Shown here in pieces: positions 23,720 to 38,870 of a stretch of 64,000 nucleotides of DNA. Numbering within the stretch: position 1 is the first letter of the stretch; every line of letters starts with the position of its first letter. A program made the position numbers and the translations under genes. Below the pieces are notes generated by a model that saw only the letters and a list, made by a program, of their open reading frames with translations, did no database searches and was not told the DNA's origin. Origin of the DNA: the human T2T-CHM13v2.0 reference genome, Homo sapiens; assembly GCF_009914755.1 (NCBI RefSeq), contig NC_060925.1; one strand, given 5' to 3'.

Positions 23720-26700
23720 ATGTTAAATATGAAATAAACATAAGAAGACGTCTTAAAGGTGGAGAGAGGAATGCAGACCAGCTATGGAACTCAGGGTCCA
23801 AGGAAGACACATCAAGCAAACAGCACAGAAAAAACTATGGTCCTACAGTGTCCATGATAGCAAAGACTGAGTGGGGAGCCTAGAGTTTGACCCTCACTAG
23901 GCTGTAATGAGGTATCCCCAATGTCCCTGTCTGGGTGGTATCAGAGAAGGCCAAATAGAGAGCTGGAAACTACTCACCATGTGGTAATGAGTCTCCACTT
24001 TCACCCCAGCCTACCTCCATACACACACAGTGTCAGTGCAACCTGACTTCAACTCCAGAGGCATCTTTTCCTCCTGCTGCGATGAAGTCAGAGAAGGCCT
24101 AGCAGAAAGTCAGGACTTTCAACCCTGCCCAGTGGTAATGGGACCAATCCCACCACAATGTCAGTGGAGAGCCATAATTCTCACCCTCCACTAGCAGTAA
24201 CAACACCTTCCCCTGGGGAAGTGATGTCAGACATAGCCAACTAAAACAGAAGATTTAAATAAGATGCAGTTTCATGACATAATATTTAAAAAAATCATAC
24301 CAAACGCAAGGAAGATCTCAAACAGAATGAAAAAGACAATTGATAGATGCCACCACCAACAAAACAGATGTTAGAATTGTCTGAGAAGGATGTTAAAGCA
24401 GCCACTAATTCAAAGTTTTGATGAGCAGTTATGAACATGCCTGGTCATAACTGAAAATGAAAAATAGAAAGTCTTAACCAAGGAGGAAACTGCCTCAACC
24501 TGATAAAGAGCATCTATAATAAGCCTACAACTAACAGTATACCTAATGATGAAAGACTGAAAGCTTTCCTCCTAAGATTAGAAACAAAGCAAGGGTGTCT
24601 GCTCTCACTGATTTTATTCATCATAGTACTGAAAACTCTAGCCAGTGCAATAAGGCAAGAAAAGGAAAGTAAATTCATACATATACAAAAGGAAGAAATA
24701 AACTGTTCATATTTGAAGATGACATTAATGTCTACATAGAAAATCCTAAAGATCACAAATGACCTAGAATCTTCAAACAAAAGAACAAATTTGAGCCCTT
24801 GTCTTACCCCATATACTAAAATTAACTCAAAGCGGATCAATCTAAGTGCAAGAGTTAAAACTATAATACTCTTAGAGGAAAACACAGGGGAAAATCTTCA
24901 TGACACTGAATTTGGCAATAATTTCTTGGATATGACACCAAAAGCATAAGCAACAAAATAAATACATACGCAAATTAAACTTTATCAAATTTCAAAACTT
25001 CTGTGCATCAAAGGACACTATCAAGAGAGTGAAATGACAACCCAGAGAATGGCAGAAAATATTTGCAAATGACATATCTGATAAGAAATTAATTATTCAG
25101 AACATATTTAAAAACTCCTACAACTCAATTACAGCAATATTACAAACAATCCAGTAAAAAGGGAAATGCAGTTAAAACCACAATGAGATACCATGTTACT
25201 TTTATTATGATGGCTATTATTTAAAAAAACAGAAAACAATAAGTATTGGTGAAGATGTGAGGAAATTGGAACTCTTAATGGGAATATAAGACAATGTAGC
25301 TACTGTGGAAAACATTATGGCAGGTCCTCAAAAAATTAAACATAGAATTACTATATGTTGCAACAATTCCACTTCTGGGTATATACCCACAAGAATTGAT
25401 AGCAGGGACTCCAGGAGACAGTTGCATACCCATGATCACAGCAGCATTATTCACAGTAGCCAAAAGGTGGAAACAACCCAAATGCCCATCAACAGATGAA
25501 CAAATAAACAAAATGTGGCATATGCCTACAGTGGAATATTATTTAAGTTTAAAAAGGGATGAAATTCTGACACATGCTATGACATAGGCAAACCTTGAAG
25601 ACATCATGCTAAGTGAAATAAACCAGTTACAAAAGGACAAACACTGCATGATTCCACTTATATGAGTTACCTGGGATGGTTAAATTTATAGAGATAAAAG
25701 GTAGGATGGTAATTACCAAGGGCTGGGGTGAGGGCAGAATGGGGAGTTATTGTTTAATGGGCACAGAGTTTCATTTTAGGGTGATGCAAAGGGTCTGGAG
25801 ATGGATAGAGATGATGGTTGCATAAGGCATTTATGTACTTAATGCAATTGATGTCTAAACTTAATGATTATAATGATGAAATTTATCTCATGTATATTTT
25901 ATCACAATAAAAAAACTAATGAGCGAGCTCAGCAAGTCATAGGTTACAAGATAAACCTACAAAAATCAATTTTATTTCTATCATAGACAACAAAATTTTT
26001 AAACAATACCATTTACAATTGTTCAAAATATAAAATGTCAGTGTATAAGGCTTCTTTTGTTATACATGTATAACAAAACATGTATAAAGCTTCTCTGCTG
26101 AAAACTAAAAACCATGATGAAATAAATTAAAGACAATAGCTATAAACTGAGAGATATACCATATTCATTGATTGGAAGATCAACGTAATAGTAAAGATGT
26201 CAGGTCTTCCCTACATTGATACACAAATTTAAAACAAATTCTATCAAAATCCTAGCAACATATTTTGTAAATATAGATAAGATTATCCTAAAATATATAT
26301 GGAAATAAAAAGAAACTAGAATAGCTTTAAAATATTTTGAATATGAATAAAGTGGGAAGAATTCTACCTTATTGTAGGATTTATTATCTAGCTAATCAAG
26401 AGGGATAGATGCAGTGATCAATAAAACAGAATAGAGAATCCAGAAATAAACTCATACAAAGATGCCAAATTGACTTTTGACAAACTTATAGGAAGAACTC
26501 AGCGGAGGAAAGATTGGCTTTTAAACAAATAGTGCTGGAGCAATTGACATTTATAGAGAAAACAACAAAAACAGATAAATCTTGACCTTAACCTAAATCT
26601 TACACATGGACTCAAAATGGATTATAGACTTAAGTGTAAAACATAAATAATGCATTTAGAAAAATAATTTTTAAAAGATACTTGGGATCTAGGGCTAGGC

Positions 26701-26812
26701 AAAGCATTCTTAAATTCAACCTCAAAAGCATGATTGATCCATAAAATTTAAAAATATTGATAAATTAGATTTTATCAAAGTAAAAAATTTTGCTCTATGA
26801 AAGACTGCTAAG
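23720..26812 (+). mobile_element. Old L1M (MC/MD-like) with 5'/ORF1/ORF2 fragments, split by a nested L1
   Basis: ORF2-like tracts (GAAAGACTGAAAGCTTTCCTCCTAAGATTAGAAACAAAGCAAGG; ATAGAGAATCCAGAAATAAAC). The CTAGAA|CTAATGAG continuity is broken at 24770-25915. Confidence 0.75.
24770..25915 (+). mobile_element. L1MB-type 3' fragment nested in an older L1
   Basis: ORF2 C-terminus ([22 protein letters not shown]) and 3' UTR ending TATATTTTATCACAATAAAAAAA. Confidence 0.85.
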
Positions 26813-27063
26813 AGGTGTCTCTTTTTCATATACAACATTAGAAGGAAATGTGCACACATTTAAATAGAACAGACAAAAGTGGAGTTGAAGATTTTTATAC
26901 ACAGAAAATGGGTGTGGGACTCAAAGAAAAGAGCCCTTTATTTATTATACATCCCAGCTTCCCTAAGAGTTCCATAAAGGATCTTTGCAGAAACTGTAGA
27001 GACCTAGAAAGAAAATGTAGAAAACCTCGGTATGGGGAGAGAGTAAAGTAAATAAAGTGGTGA

Positions 27064-27438
27064 TGTATTAGTCTGTTCTCACACTGCTGCAGAGGAATAC
27101 AGAGACTGAGTAATTTATAAAGGAAAGAGGTTTAATTGACTCACAGCTCTGCAAGGCTGGGGAGGCCTCAGGAAACACAATCATGGTGGAAGGGGAAGCA
27201 ACCACGTCCTTCTTCACAAGGTGGCAGGACACAGAAGTGCAAGCAGTGGAAATGACAGACGCTTATAAAACCATCAGATCTCTTGAGAACTTACTCTCAT
27301 GGTCATGAGAACAGCATGCGGGAAACCGCCCCCATGATCCAAACACCTCCCTCCAGGTCTCTCCCTAAATACGTGGGGATTATGGCGATTACAATTCAAG
27401 ATGAGATTTGGTTGATGACACAAGGCCTAACTATATCA
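27064..27438 (-). mobile_element. THE1C/D MaLR solo LTR
   Basis: TGTATTAGTCTGTTCTCACACTGCT...CTAACTATATCA; near-TSD GGTGA/GGTGG. Confidence 0.9.
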
Positions 27439-27875
27439 GGTGGAAAGGCAGGATTGTACAGAAACGTTAGAAATGAAGATATATAAAAAGTAGGTGTGAT
27501 CATAATCAATACAATTAATTCAACTGTTAAAACACATCAATTCTTTAGCATTGGAAAACAACTCTTCATGAATATTTTCACATTCCTGTACAGTCAAAAC
27601 CTAGTGAGCAAAAATTTCTGGCAACGTGGGTTAAAGCATGATTGAATGGCAAATGTGCCTTAGAAGTTAGACATTGTATATTTCCCTGGCGGAATTTAAA
27701 GTCTTGTCTTCTCTGGAGACATCTGCTAGGGACATTCCTCTTCTCTCTCCAGAGAGTATTTGTTTACCTTCCAGAGCGGAAATCTTTTTCTCGCTCTTCC
27801 CCACACCCTGGAAGAAAGGAAGCGCAGATGTGTCAGTCACCTGCAGACGCTCAGAGTTTAATAATTTTGGAGTTC

Positions 27876-28293
<418 letters not shown>

Positions 28294-30455
28294 CTATGAA
28301 GGTGCTCTGTGAGCAATAGTCTGTTCTTTGATCCAGACACTTCGTGGCGTTTCCTGTCTGAATAAAGATAGAGATAAAAACTTATCTTGTAAGACGAGTC
28401 TTACTTTCTGACAGCAATCCTATTTTTTAACATTTCAAAGGTTGAGAGTGCATGTTAAACTTCTCTACCAGGTTGCAGGTTCTCATTGATTACGCACAAA
28501 CTGAAATCTACTTACTGCAGACCTTCTTCTACCTTCCTCTCATTTCTCTGGAGCACTGGCACACTAATCTCTGACTTATCCCACACAACAGATCTGCTCC
28601 TTTAAAAACTCCTATTATTGATACACAGCTACTTGATTAGGGGATCCTTGCACTCCTTTAGAAATTGCTTAGTGCTCAAAAAAGCCATAATTTATATTCT
28701 TTTGTTTATTCCTTCAAGGTATTTGGGGGAAATACAAGCATGTTATTGGAGGGGAAAGAAACCTGCCCTGTAAAGACTGTATATATTACTACGGAAGAGT
28801 GAATGCAGGGATTAATAAATGGGTCTTAGACTACATGTTCATCTGTCTAATTTTAAATTTACTGCCACTTCAGGTTCTATTTGCTTTCTTCTTTATTTTC
28901 TGCCATTATTGGCACCAGCTCAGTGCCCATTTGTCCTGACTGCAATCAGCTGCTGTTCTAATAGCCTAATCCTATTCCAGTGCCAGCTTTCACCTCACTG
29001 TCTGTGCTAGTGCCAGCCCTGTCCCTGCTGTTTCTAATTTTCTCTTCCCCCAGCCTCCTTTCTACCCCACCACCTGCTATGTACCCACATCATAATCATT
29101 TCTAGATTCTTTCATTGTTTCAAAGCTGCTCCCTTGAGTCGTGCTGTTCAACTCCAATATTCTCTCTTAACCCCTTCTCCCACAGGGATTGGCTACATCT
29201 CACACTATGTCTTTCTTTTTTGTTTTGCCCAGGTGGATTTTAATATTTTTCTATTAGCTGATTTGTCAAGCCACTAAACAGGAGCCCTTTCTCCTTATTT
29301 CTTGTGTCCAGCAAAGGTGAGCTGAATATACACCAACACAGGCAGGATACATGGTGAGCAGAAGTGTCTCAATGTTAGGTTCACAATGAATGAAATATTG
29401 AAAATGGGGATTGGGAATTAGTATTCGTGTTATCAACAAATATGTATTGAGTTCCTACAATGCAGCATACACAATTTTAGGTGCTTGGGACCCAGTAATG
29501 AAGAGAAGAGACAAAATTCTTGTTCTTAGGAAGCTTACATTTAAGGGGATACATACTACAAGCTAGGCTCAGCTTAGATAATGTACGTGAGTTATCTAAT
29601 TAAATCCTCACGTGAACCCTATAAGGTGGGTGCCACCCCCAAATAACACTGAGAACCTCTTTTGTTGCCTGTTTGAGTCTTCACTTTGTCATCTGTGACT
29701 GGCGGCCAATGCCTCCCTCATAAGATAAATGTCAGGGGAAGACATTGATAATTGTTGAGCACCTACCATAGCCTAGCGGTTTTTTCCAGGTGTTTTTTAA
29801 GCTTTTCCTCATCAGCCCTATGAAATGAATTGGCTTCCCTCAGTTTTCAGGTGAAAACCCTAATTATCAGACTAGTAGAATAACTTGTTTAAAGTCACTT
29901 AGCTACTAAGCAGCAGGGGTGAATTTAAACTCCTTTCCAATTCTGCTGCTAGCTCAGAAATGAGTTCAGGTGGACGTTATTGTCTGTTGAGTATCCTTCA
30001 TGTAAAATGTAATATAACACTACTGAGAAATATTTACACTGAAGAAGATAAAGTTCTTGCCATTAATAACAATATAGTCTTGTGGGGGTGAAATGTTTCA
30101 TTTATAATTAAAATGATTTGCTAGACTGCAGAAAGGTGGGATACAGTCCAGGTGAGTTGATTTAGGACACATGGAGATTTGTCTTCCACCTTGGGGCTGA
30201 TGCATATTGGTTTGGAGCCTTTGGGACACATTTAAAAGTTGATGGCCAAAAGACAATGAGGGGCATGGCTGTAGATTCCAGGTATGAGACCCAGCAAATC
30301 TGTGGTTATGGGAAATGAAGCTATGGAGTGATGGAATTGTCCCAGCTGGGGTTGCAGAATAGTGAGTAAGGAATCTAGCCCAGACAGAAGAACCCAAGGA
30401 CACCAATATTTAAGGCAGTGGTCCTCAAATTTCACTGTGCATAGCAGTTGCCTAG

Positions 30456-30620
30456 AGCCTGGCACAGTGGCTCATGCCTGTAGTCCCAGCAACTCAAGAG
30501 GCTGAGACAGAAGGATTGCTTGAGGCCCAGGAGTTTGAGGCTGCAGTGTGCTGTGATCGTGTCAGTGCACTCCAGCCTGGGTGACAGAGCGAGATTCCAT
30601 TTCTAAAAAAAAAAAATTAA
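30456..30620 (+). mobile_element. FRAM/FAM Alu monomer
   Basis: Single Alu arm with an A tail. Confidence 0.8.
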
Positions 30621-31009
30621 AATGAAATAAATTTTTTTAAAAAGTTACCTAGGACAGTGTTTCCCAGACTTTTTCACCTCATGGATATTCACAGAAATGA
30701 TCCTGCGGGTAAGGTACCTGAGAGAAATGAATGAGGCCGTTCATGCAGGAAGACAATCAGCCCAGGGCTTGTGCCTTTCTTTGCCACAAGCCACTAGAAA
30801 GCTGAGGGTGTCTATTCTTCTTTAATTCATTTGCGGCAAAATCATTGGGAAGTTCTTACCTAAAAAAATGTCTGCTAAAAATTCAGATTCTCGGGCTATC
30901 TCCTCAGCAATTCTGGCTTCGTGAGTCCAGGACACCACATTTTTAATTAGCTCTGAAAGTGATTTTGATCCAGATAGAATGAGGATCTTTCTTTAAGAAA
31001 CCTGATTTT

Positions 31010-32645
31010 AATAGCTTTAAAACAAAATTAAATTTTAAGAAAAGCAATGTGTAATAATCAAACATTATAACTGTATATCTACTTGGTGATATAACCTCAT
31101 ACAGAAGAACCACTTCAAGAAAAATTAAAACATATCAATATTATTGTTCTTACCTAGTAAAATATTCTCTATGGAAAAAAGTGTACCCCCAATAAGAAAA
31201 TATTAAAGTGCTTGTAGATATTACCATATAATGCTGATGGTACTGTTTTCCTGAGACTCTTATATGTGTATTGCGGGATAATCAAATGAGTAATTACAAT
31301 GGTGTCACTGAGAAATGAGTTTTCTGGCAATGCTGAAAGAAAGGAAAGACGTGAGATTGATCAGGTTAATGGGCATGCTTAGCACCCAGAATGTTGCATC
31401 TAAATACATTTCTCACTGAATGGTTCCAGAGCTCTTTGGAGAACTGGCTGTTTCCCAGTATGGGACAGGAAATTATAATCCTGGGACATTTTGTCACAAA
31501 AAGGATACCATCAAAGACAACTGGAGTCATGTCAAAGTGACCCAGAATTCAACATGAATACGCTGCCGCAAGCCAAAGGCAGGAAAATTTGATTATTAAT
31601 TGGAATAACTGCAAGGGATTGAAACAGATTGACTATGTTTAATCCCTGAGCTCATAAAATCATCAATAATTTTTTTAAAAGTCTTTTGAAATCTTTAGAT
31701 AATACTAGGGGACTACTTTTATTATTTTGAATACTAGTTTAAACAGAAAGTATCAGTAGGTTATCCTGTTTTTCCTATACAATCATACCTCAGGACAACC
31801 AAATGCATGATGAAAAAAGTTTCTCTTTTGGAATAATTCCAGAAAAGAAATTTAGTTAATGATTGGAGTAGATTACCATATTCAGTGGCTGCTAGCATCA
31901 CAAAAGGAGAGAAAACCAGATGGGTACCTTCTGATGGAACTTCACAAAATCACCTATGACGGAATCTTTTTATAATTTCACCTAAATCTGATCAAACCTC
32001 TAGATATAACCAATAATTTCTAGAAAATACAAGGAACAGAGACGCATGTTAAATAATGCCAAAAGGACACCTTCACCAAATTGCAGACCCCATGAACTTT
32101 ATAAGACAAATGACCCAGAGTTTTCAACTGAATCAAGATAAAATGCAAGAAGAGGCAGGGAATATAGTAGGACAGCCTATAAACTAAAATACTTAAGGGA
32201 CATGTCAATGAATCTTTATCTCTGTATCTTATTTAGATTTCAATTCAACAAAATTAATTTTTAAAAATCTACAAGAGAAGAAATTGTGAAAACAGGATTG
32301 TTATTAGACTGACATTAAGGAATTATAACAACTACATTTGATGAGATTATAATATTGTGATTATCTTTTCTTTGAAAGAAATTCTCACTATATATAGTGA
32401 TAGAGATCTATATATTCCCACATATATATGATGAAATATTTGCAGGTTAAATAATGTAATGTCTGGGATTTGATCCAAGTCAGGGAGCAGGGAGAAAATG
32501 GATGAAGTATAGAAAAAGTAATATGAGTGTGTATTGCACTGATAAGATGCAGTCATGTGTACACCTAGTTCATTATCCTGTTCTCTTCACTTTTATGTAT
32601 GCTTGAAAATCTACCCCTCAAAAGTTAAGATATAAAAAATAAAGA
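31010..32645 (+). mobile_element. L1MC4/MC5-type 3' region
   Basis: CTAAATCTGATCAAACCTCTAGAT, GTCTGGGATTTG and TGTATGCTTGAAAAT...AAAAGTTAA motifs of L1MC 3' UTRs. Confidence 0.65.
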
Positions 32646-32699
32646 AAGAAACATGATTCTTTCTTGATTCAGGGTCAGCGGGAAAAAGAGGAATGTTAA

Positions 32700-33175
32700 T
32701 TCTCTGTAAAGCAGTGTCCAAAACAGGAAAAAGAACTAGAAAAGCATGATATTGTGAAAGCCAAGCAAACAGTGTTCCAGAAAAGGAGATGGCGAGTCAT
32801 GAGTGCTGTCAAGAAGTCAGGGAATATGCGAACTTAGAAATGTGCTTTCAGTTACCAGCAAGAGGCAGTGACTACAGCTTTCAGAAGCTCAAAGAAGCAG
32901 TGCTCACTACACAGGAAGAAGAGAGCTGAGGGCAGGGTGGTGGGGAGCGGGCTTCCTATGGTTAAATCAAGGGCTGTGCCTTGACTGTTTTTAAAGATGG
33001 AAGGCACTTGAACAAGTTAAACGTATGAGAAGAAACCAGTAGAGGGGAAGTGATTATAATACATGAGACAGATGGGGCAATCTGAGAGAGAGAAGTCTCT
33101 GAGAGGATGAGGAATGGGGAGAGTCGGGAGGGGTGCTTAGTCCAAAAAATAGCTGTCCTCATTTTAGAAGGGCCA
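32700..33175 (-). mobile_element. L2 fragment
   Basis: Purine-rich L2 antisense motifs (GAAAGCCAAG...TTCCAGAAAAGGAG; TGCTGTCAAGAAGTCAGG). Confidence 0.5.
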
Positions 33176-34769
33176 TTCAATGCTGCACTTCCCCAAATGA
33201 GTCATCATCAGAATCACTAGGGAGCTTAGAGAAATCCAATTTCTCCTCTTCCTCCCACCTTGAAGATTCTAACTTTATATATTTGGAGATTTCAATATAA
33301 TAAAAATACAGTAACTATATTATTTAAAGTCCTCTGAAGAAGTCTGCTAATTAGCCAGGCTTTCCGACTATTGACTTTAATGAGTATTAAATTCATGAAA
33401 AAAGTACTTTTTCTTCATCTTTCTCAGAAAAGAGACATTCAGACTCTTGGAGTGAAAACAGTATGTTCTGGGTCTGAGTACCTGGGGGAGGAGAACAGGC
33501 TCAGTTAATCTTTGTTCAAACAACACTTAAATACCAAGATTGATCTGTTTCCAAAACATAGCAACAGCTTTTTTTATTGTGGGGCACAATGATCCTAAGC
33601 ATGCTTGTATTTTGTCATTTATGGTTGTGGGAGTATGGGAGATTAGAAAAATCTATTTAAGAAAGTACAGCATGCAGATGAGGTTATCCTTAATTTCACT
33701 ACAGAAACCCAAATAGAGCCTGGGGATAGGATAAAGACAACAGGAAAATCAAATAACCAAGGGCTTTAGCATTTGGAGCAAAGAACCAGGGGTGCAACTG
33801 TAGAAATCTGGTTCTAATTCCAGTTCTGCCAGTACCTACACATGTCACTAGAGCCTGACATCAGTTTTCTGATCTACACTATTGTGCGTACTAGTTTCAA
33901 TCCCTAACTGCCTTCTGGGAAGGTCACAGCATGAACAGGACATAACAGATGCAATGGTATTTGATATAAACATGCTGTGTAGACACAATTATTGTGCTGG
34001 TCAATGGCCTCAGTGAAAAATTTATCACTCTAAACAATTGGAGAAATTAAGCTGTAAATTTTGAAAGAACTTGGCTTCGTAGATACATGCCATTTCTATC
34101 TACTTCCTGTCAGAATGAAAATGATGTAGAAGCATTTTCTGGCACTTTAACAGTTTACTGATTATGGTGACATAGTATGCATATGACATAAAAATATGTG
34201 TTAAAAATAATGTTGACCTTATTCTATTTATTCAGCTATTAATTTCAGGGATTTCTGGTTTCCTGATGGATATGGAGCAAAAGTCTTCATAAACCTTGAG
34301 TTTTCACTGAATCTTAAGTCTCCTTTTAACCCTCCTTCTCTTAATTGTCACTTAACATATATAAAATATGTCTGAAATTGACATCTTGGCAACCTGAAAT
34401 CTCTCCTATCTCAGTAAATGGTATCATCACCCGTTTTTAATTAAACTAAGACCTCAAGATTTATCCTTTTCCCCCCCTGAAACCTCATATCTTTTTCTCT
34501 GTCATTCACCAACTATAAACATATCAGATTCTTTTCAGTTGCTTAGATAAGCACTAAGCTTGTTTAACACTTCTGGGCTTTTGAACTAATATATTGATGC
34601 TAAGGCATGTAATTTAACATATTTTAATTCATTGTTATCAAAATGTGTTTTACAATCAATTTTGTAATTTACAATTATAATTACAGTTTTTTTTTTTCTT
34701 TTAGAGGTACAATAGTGGCGTCTTAAATCCAATAAAAAACAAAAACAAAATGGTAGTGCCCTCTTCCCT

Positions 34770-35065
34770 TCTCCAGATCTCCATGTGGCTGGCTCAGTCC
34801 AACAGTCCTTTCTGTTGAGCTCAGCTCACTCACCCTCAGTTCAGCTTCCTGCTCTGATGCCACCTTACCTGAAGTTCTCCTCCCCTCATCTCATCCCACT
34901 ACTTGTTTCCTTTATAGCACTTTTGCCACTTAAAAACATCCATTTGCTTGCTTGTTTATTTTCTGTTTTCTCTACAGCCTAAAGCTCCTCAAAACAGGAG
35001 CTTTGTTTTGTTCTCAGCTACACCCCCAGATATGGTGTGTGATCAATGAGTATTTGTTGAAGGAA
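34770..35065 (+). mobile_element. L2 3' end
   Basis: CCAGATCTCCATGTGGCTGGCTC...TAAAGCTCC...TCAATGAGTATTTGTTGAAGGAAT. Confidence 0.65.
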
Positions 35066-35353
35066 TTGTATGGCAAAGGCATCTCTTCCATAGACATTTA
35101 TGTGGCCCATCCCACTATCTCAGTAGTGTCTGAGATGGGCAGCTCCCACCTTATCCTCAATGTTCCCAACCCCAGCCCCGCCACCACCACAAGCAATCGC
35201 TGTTTTAATCTCCACCATCTAAGAAGTGGCAGGACTTCCAGTGTAACAGACAAAGGCCATGTATAGAATTTCTACAGCGAAAGGCATTTGGCAAAAAACC
35301 TACTATTTGAAATGTCTCTAGTCTTAAATCCATCGTTGGGATGAAGGGCAAGT

Positions 35354-35651
35354 ATATTAGTCCATTTTCACACTGCTATAAAGGAATACCAGAGACTGAG
35401 TAATTTATAAAGGAAACAGGTTTCATTGACTCACAGTTCCACATGGCTGAGGAGGCCTCAGGAAACTTACAATCACAGCGGAAAGGGAAGCAGGCACCTT
35501 CTTCACATAGCAGCAGGAGAGAGAAGAGAAAGCAAAGGAGAAAGAGCCTTTCGTGAAACCATCAGATCAAATGAGAACTCACTCACGATCATGAGAACAG
35601 CATGGAGGAAACCGCCCCCATAATCCAATCACCTCTCAGTAGGTCCCTCCC
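35354..35651 (-). mobile_element. THE1D/MSTA-type MaLR LTR, truncated
   Basis: TATTAGTCCATTTTCACACTGCTATAAAG...AGGTCCCTCCC. Confidence 0.85.
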
Positions 35652-37020
35652 TACTGGACCTAGCAGCTGATGGAAGCAGCTTGGAGTTGCATAGTTCCAG
35701 GAGGAGGCACTGGTTCCTGTGTATTCTTCACTTTGTCCTTATCTCCACCCTCCATGTAGTCCAAACTGTCTCTCCAACTGATTGTTCTGCAGTGGTCACA
35801 TATGGCTGTGCAAGGGGCCAGCACTGCTGCAGCTTCCAGTGAGATATTTCAGTTATGTGGAGCATAAGCAAGGGAGATAAAGTAAAATCCCTATGCTCCT
35901 GACAGCATTGCACGGGGCTTCCAGAATGTCACGAAGCCAGCTGCTGGCACTGTTCTCAGGAGAAAAATGACTTTTCTCTGGAATGGCTCTCTTGGTGTAA
36001 GGCCTGGTGGCACATTAATAAATCATACACTTACGGTTTAGATTAAGTCATATTTGAATGAGTCATTTCTCTACACAAATCTCCACTCCCTGTGTCAGCA
36101 AGGCTGATGGGCAGAGGAGGCTGAATGTTGGCAGGTGGTGTTATGTGATCAAGTGTTTTTACTTTAATGCCTAAGGAAGACTCTGCTAGCCAGGTGCACA
36201 ATAGTCTGCACTGTTGGCCTTGGCTAATCTAATCTTAGACACCCTGTGTAATTGGGAAAGAAGGAGAAACTCTGCAATGAGTCATCCAGCAACTTGATCC
36301 CCTGGTTTGTTTTTCATTTTGTTTTAAGATGGGCTCTAAGGTCAGGAGAATTAAGAAGTTGGATGTCTGGAAGGGGAGACGTTTTGCCCCGGAAAGAGCT
36401 GCAGAGATGTTTGCTGGGCCTGACAGCCAGCTGTGGTCAGCCAGAGAGACACATGACAAGTAGAACTCAGGCATCCCTGCCTTGGGAGACCAGGGCCAGG
36501 GCTTCTGTGACATGCACTCGCTTGGAGTCCCATTGATCCCACTGCCCCTCTGGTAGTAGTCCTGTCTTCAGCCCAGATGAGGACTCCCAGAGTTATCCTT
36601 GGAAGTTTCCTTCAGTTAGCAATTACTCTGCCTGCTGTCCCGAGACTAGACAATGCCTCCTAACAGCTCACCCCTCTGAGTCCAGCCCCTCCTCACTTCC
36701 TGCTCTTTATTAAGAACATTTGTTTGTTCCAAAGCTCTATAAAAGGAGGCTTATAATCTTAAGAGTACCCCTAAATCACTAGCTTTTAATGAAGATAAAA
36801 TTATCTGTACAGAAAGCAGTGAAACATCACCATTCATTCTGCAATTCCAGATTTCTCCATTGTGTTGTCATTAAATCCATATTACTATGCTAATAAATTT
36901 AAACATCTTAGAAGGGGCATAGAAGGAAAGGGAAATGTGTCATAAAATTATTAATAACTTCTTTGTCACCTTGGCTACACAATTTATGGTGGCAATCTCC
37001 TGACTACAAAAACAGTGGCT

Positions 37021-37310
37021 GGCCGGGCATGTTGGCTCATGCCTGTAATCCCAGCATTTTGGGAGGCTGAGTCAGGAGGATCACTTGAGCCCAGCAGTTT
37101 CAGATCAGCCTGGACAACATGGGGAGACTCTGTCTCTACAAGAAATAAACAATATTAATCAGGCATGGTGGCATACGCCTGTAGTCTCAGCTATTTGGGA
37201 GGCTGTGGAAGGAGGATCACTTAAGCCTGGGAGGTAGAAGCTTCCACTAACTGAGTTCATGCCACTGCATTCCAGCCTGGGCAACAAAGGAAGATCCTGT
37301 ATTTAAAAAA
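37021..37310 (+). mobile_element. AluJ SINE
   Basis: Diverged dimer with J diagnostics (GGAGGATCACTTGAGCCC). Confidence 0.9.
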
Positions 37311-37678
37311 GAGAGAGAGAGAAAAGAACAGTTTTTGCGAAAACCTACCTTAGATACCTACATAATGATAACGTCAGGGATGATGACTGAGTTTGCTATG
37401 TTTCTATAAAGGAACTAGTTATAGTTGTTATTTGTCACATTCTACACAACATGCGGTACACAGTCATGGAACTCATGCCTGCCCCTTCTCTTTCTCCTTC
37501 CCTCCATTCCTCTCCTTTTCCTGTCCTCTCTTCCTTGCTTCTTTTTTCTATCTTGCTTTTTATTACAAAATATGACTTTACTAAGTGCTTGTAAGTTCCT
37601 CTAAGTAGGGAAGATACCTTTTTTCCACTTCTTAATTGTGGCTACCCCCTGCCATTGACAAAGAGAAAACTTGGCACA

Positions 37679-37833
37679 GGCTGTTCACAGTGGCTCACAT
37701 CTGTAATCCCAGTTCTTTGGGAGGCTGAGGTGGGAGGATTGCTTGAGGCCAGGAGTTCAAGGACACAGTGAGCCATGATCGAGCCACTGCACACTAGTGT
37801 GGGTGACAGAATAAGACCCTATCTCAAAAAAAA
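37679..37833 (+). mobile_element. FAM/FRAM Alu monomer
   Basis: Single arm with an A tail. Confidence 0.8.
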
Positions 37834-37989
37834 GATAAAGAAGAAAATATGACAATAAGGCATATTTGCATTTACCTATATATTAAAAACTAAACCTATA
37901 GAAGAGTATCCAGTGGGAAGAAGCCAATTTTCCTCCATGTTTCCTGACTCTCCCAATATCACTTACCAGAGATAACCATTATTAACTTT

Positions 37990-38400
37990 AAAATATATAT
38001 ATATCCTAACATATTATACATATATGTGTGTATATATACCTATTACATATACATACATATGTGTATATGTATATATAAGAATATATGTATACATATACAT
38101 ACTTTTAATATGTATATGTTAAATATGTATGTATGTATATGTACATATATGTATAATGTAAGGATAGAGATACATATTTGTGTGTTTATATGTATATGTA
38201 AGGGTACATTTATGTATGTGTGTACATATAAGGGTAGATATATATTTTAAAGTTAATGATTATATAGCACTGATGTTTTTATCTAAAGCTATATTATGGT
38301 TAGATATATATGTGTATGTATATGTAAGGGTAGATACATATTTTAAATTTAATAATGATTCTATATAGCATTGATGTTTTTATCTAAAGCTATATTTTGG
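37990..38400. repeat. TA-rich low-complexity tract with a ~96-100-bp-period tandem duplication
   Basis: AAGGGTAGATA.ATATTTTAAA...GATGTTTTTATCTAAAGCTATATT at ~38230-38295 and ~38326-38396. Confidence 0.85.
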
Positions 38401-38870
38401 ACTTCTTTCCATTCTTCATAATTGCTGCATAGTGTCATTGTATGGATATACCATAATTAGGCTGCTACTCCTTTTTTTAAAAAAAATATTTCCTGTTAAC
38501 AAGTCACTTGTGTTCATCATTGAAAACCTGGTAAACATAGGCAAGAATTATAGAGTAAAATGTATCCATGATGGTGTATTACACTTTGGGACTACTTGAT
38601 AAGGCTGCCCAATGGAAAGCTGTCTCTAAGAAGACCCATTGTCCAGCCCTCGAGAGAGAGAGTTGTTGATGAGAGCTTATCTCAGGGGCTCAGATGGGCC
38701 TCTAAAATACCATTCCACCTCTGAAATCAGTACAAACTGTATGAGTGACAAATGTCAAAAGAAGTTGTTAAAAGCCATATCAGGGGATTGGGTATTTCTT
38801 TGGTTTAATCAGTAATAAATTCCCTCCCAAGTACTTGAGGTGGTGGCTTGGGTTTTTCAAAGAAATACCG

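Noticed and set aside
24514-25587. ORFs with L1 ORF2-like peptides
   Set aside because: Short fragments of decayed L1M elements.
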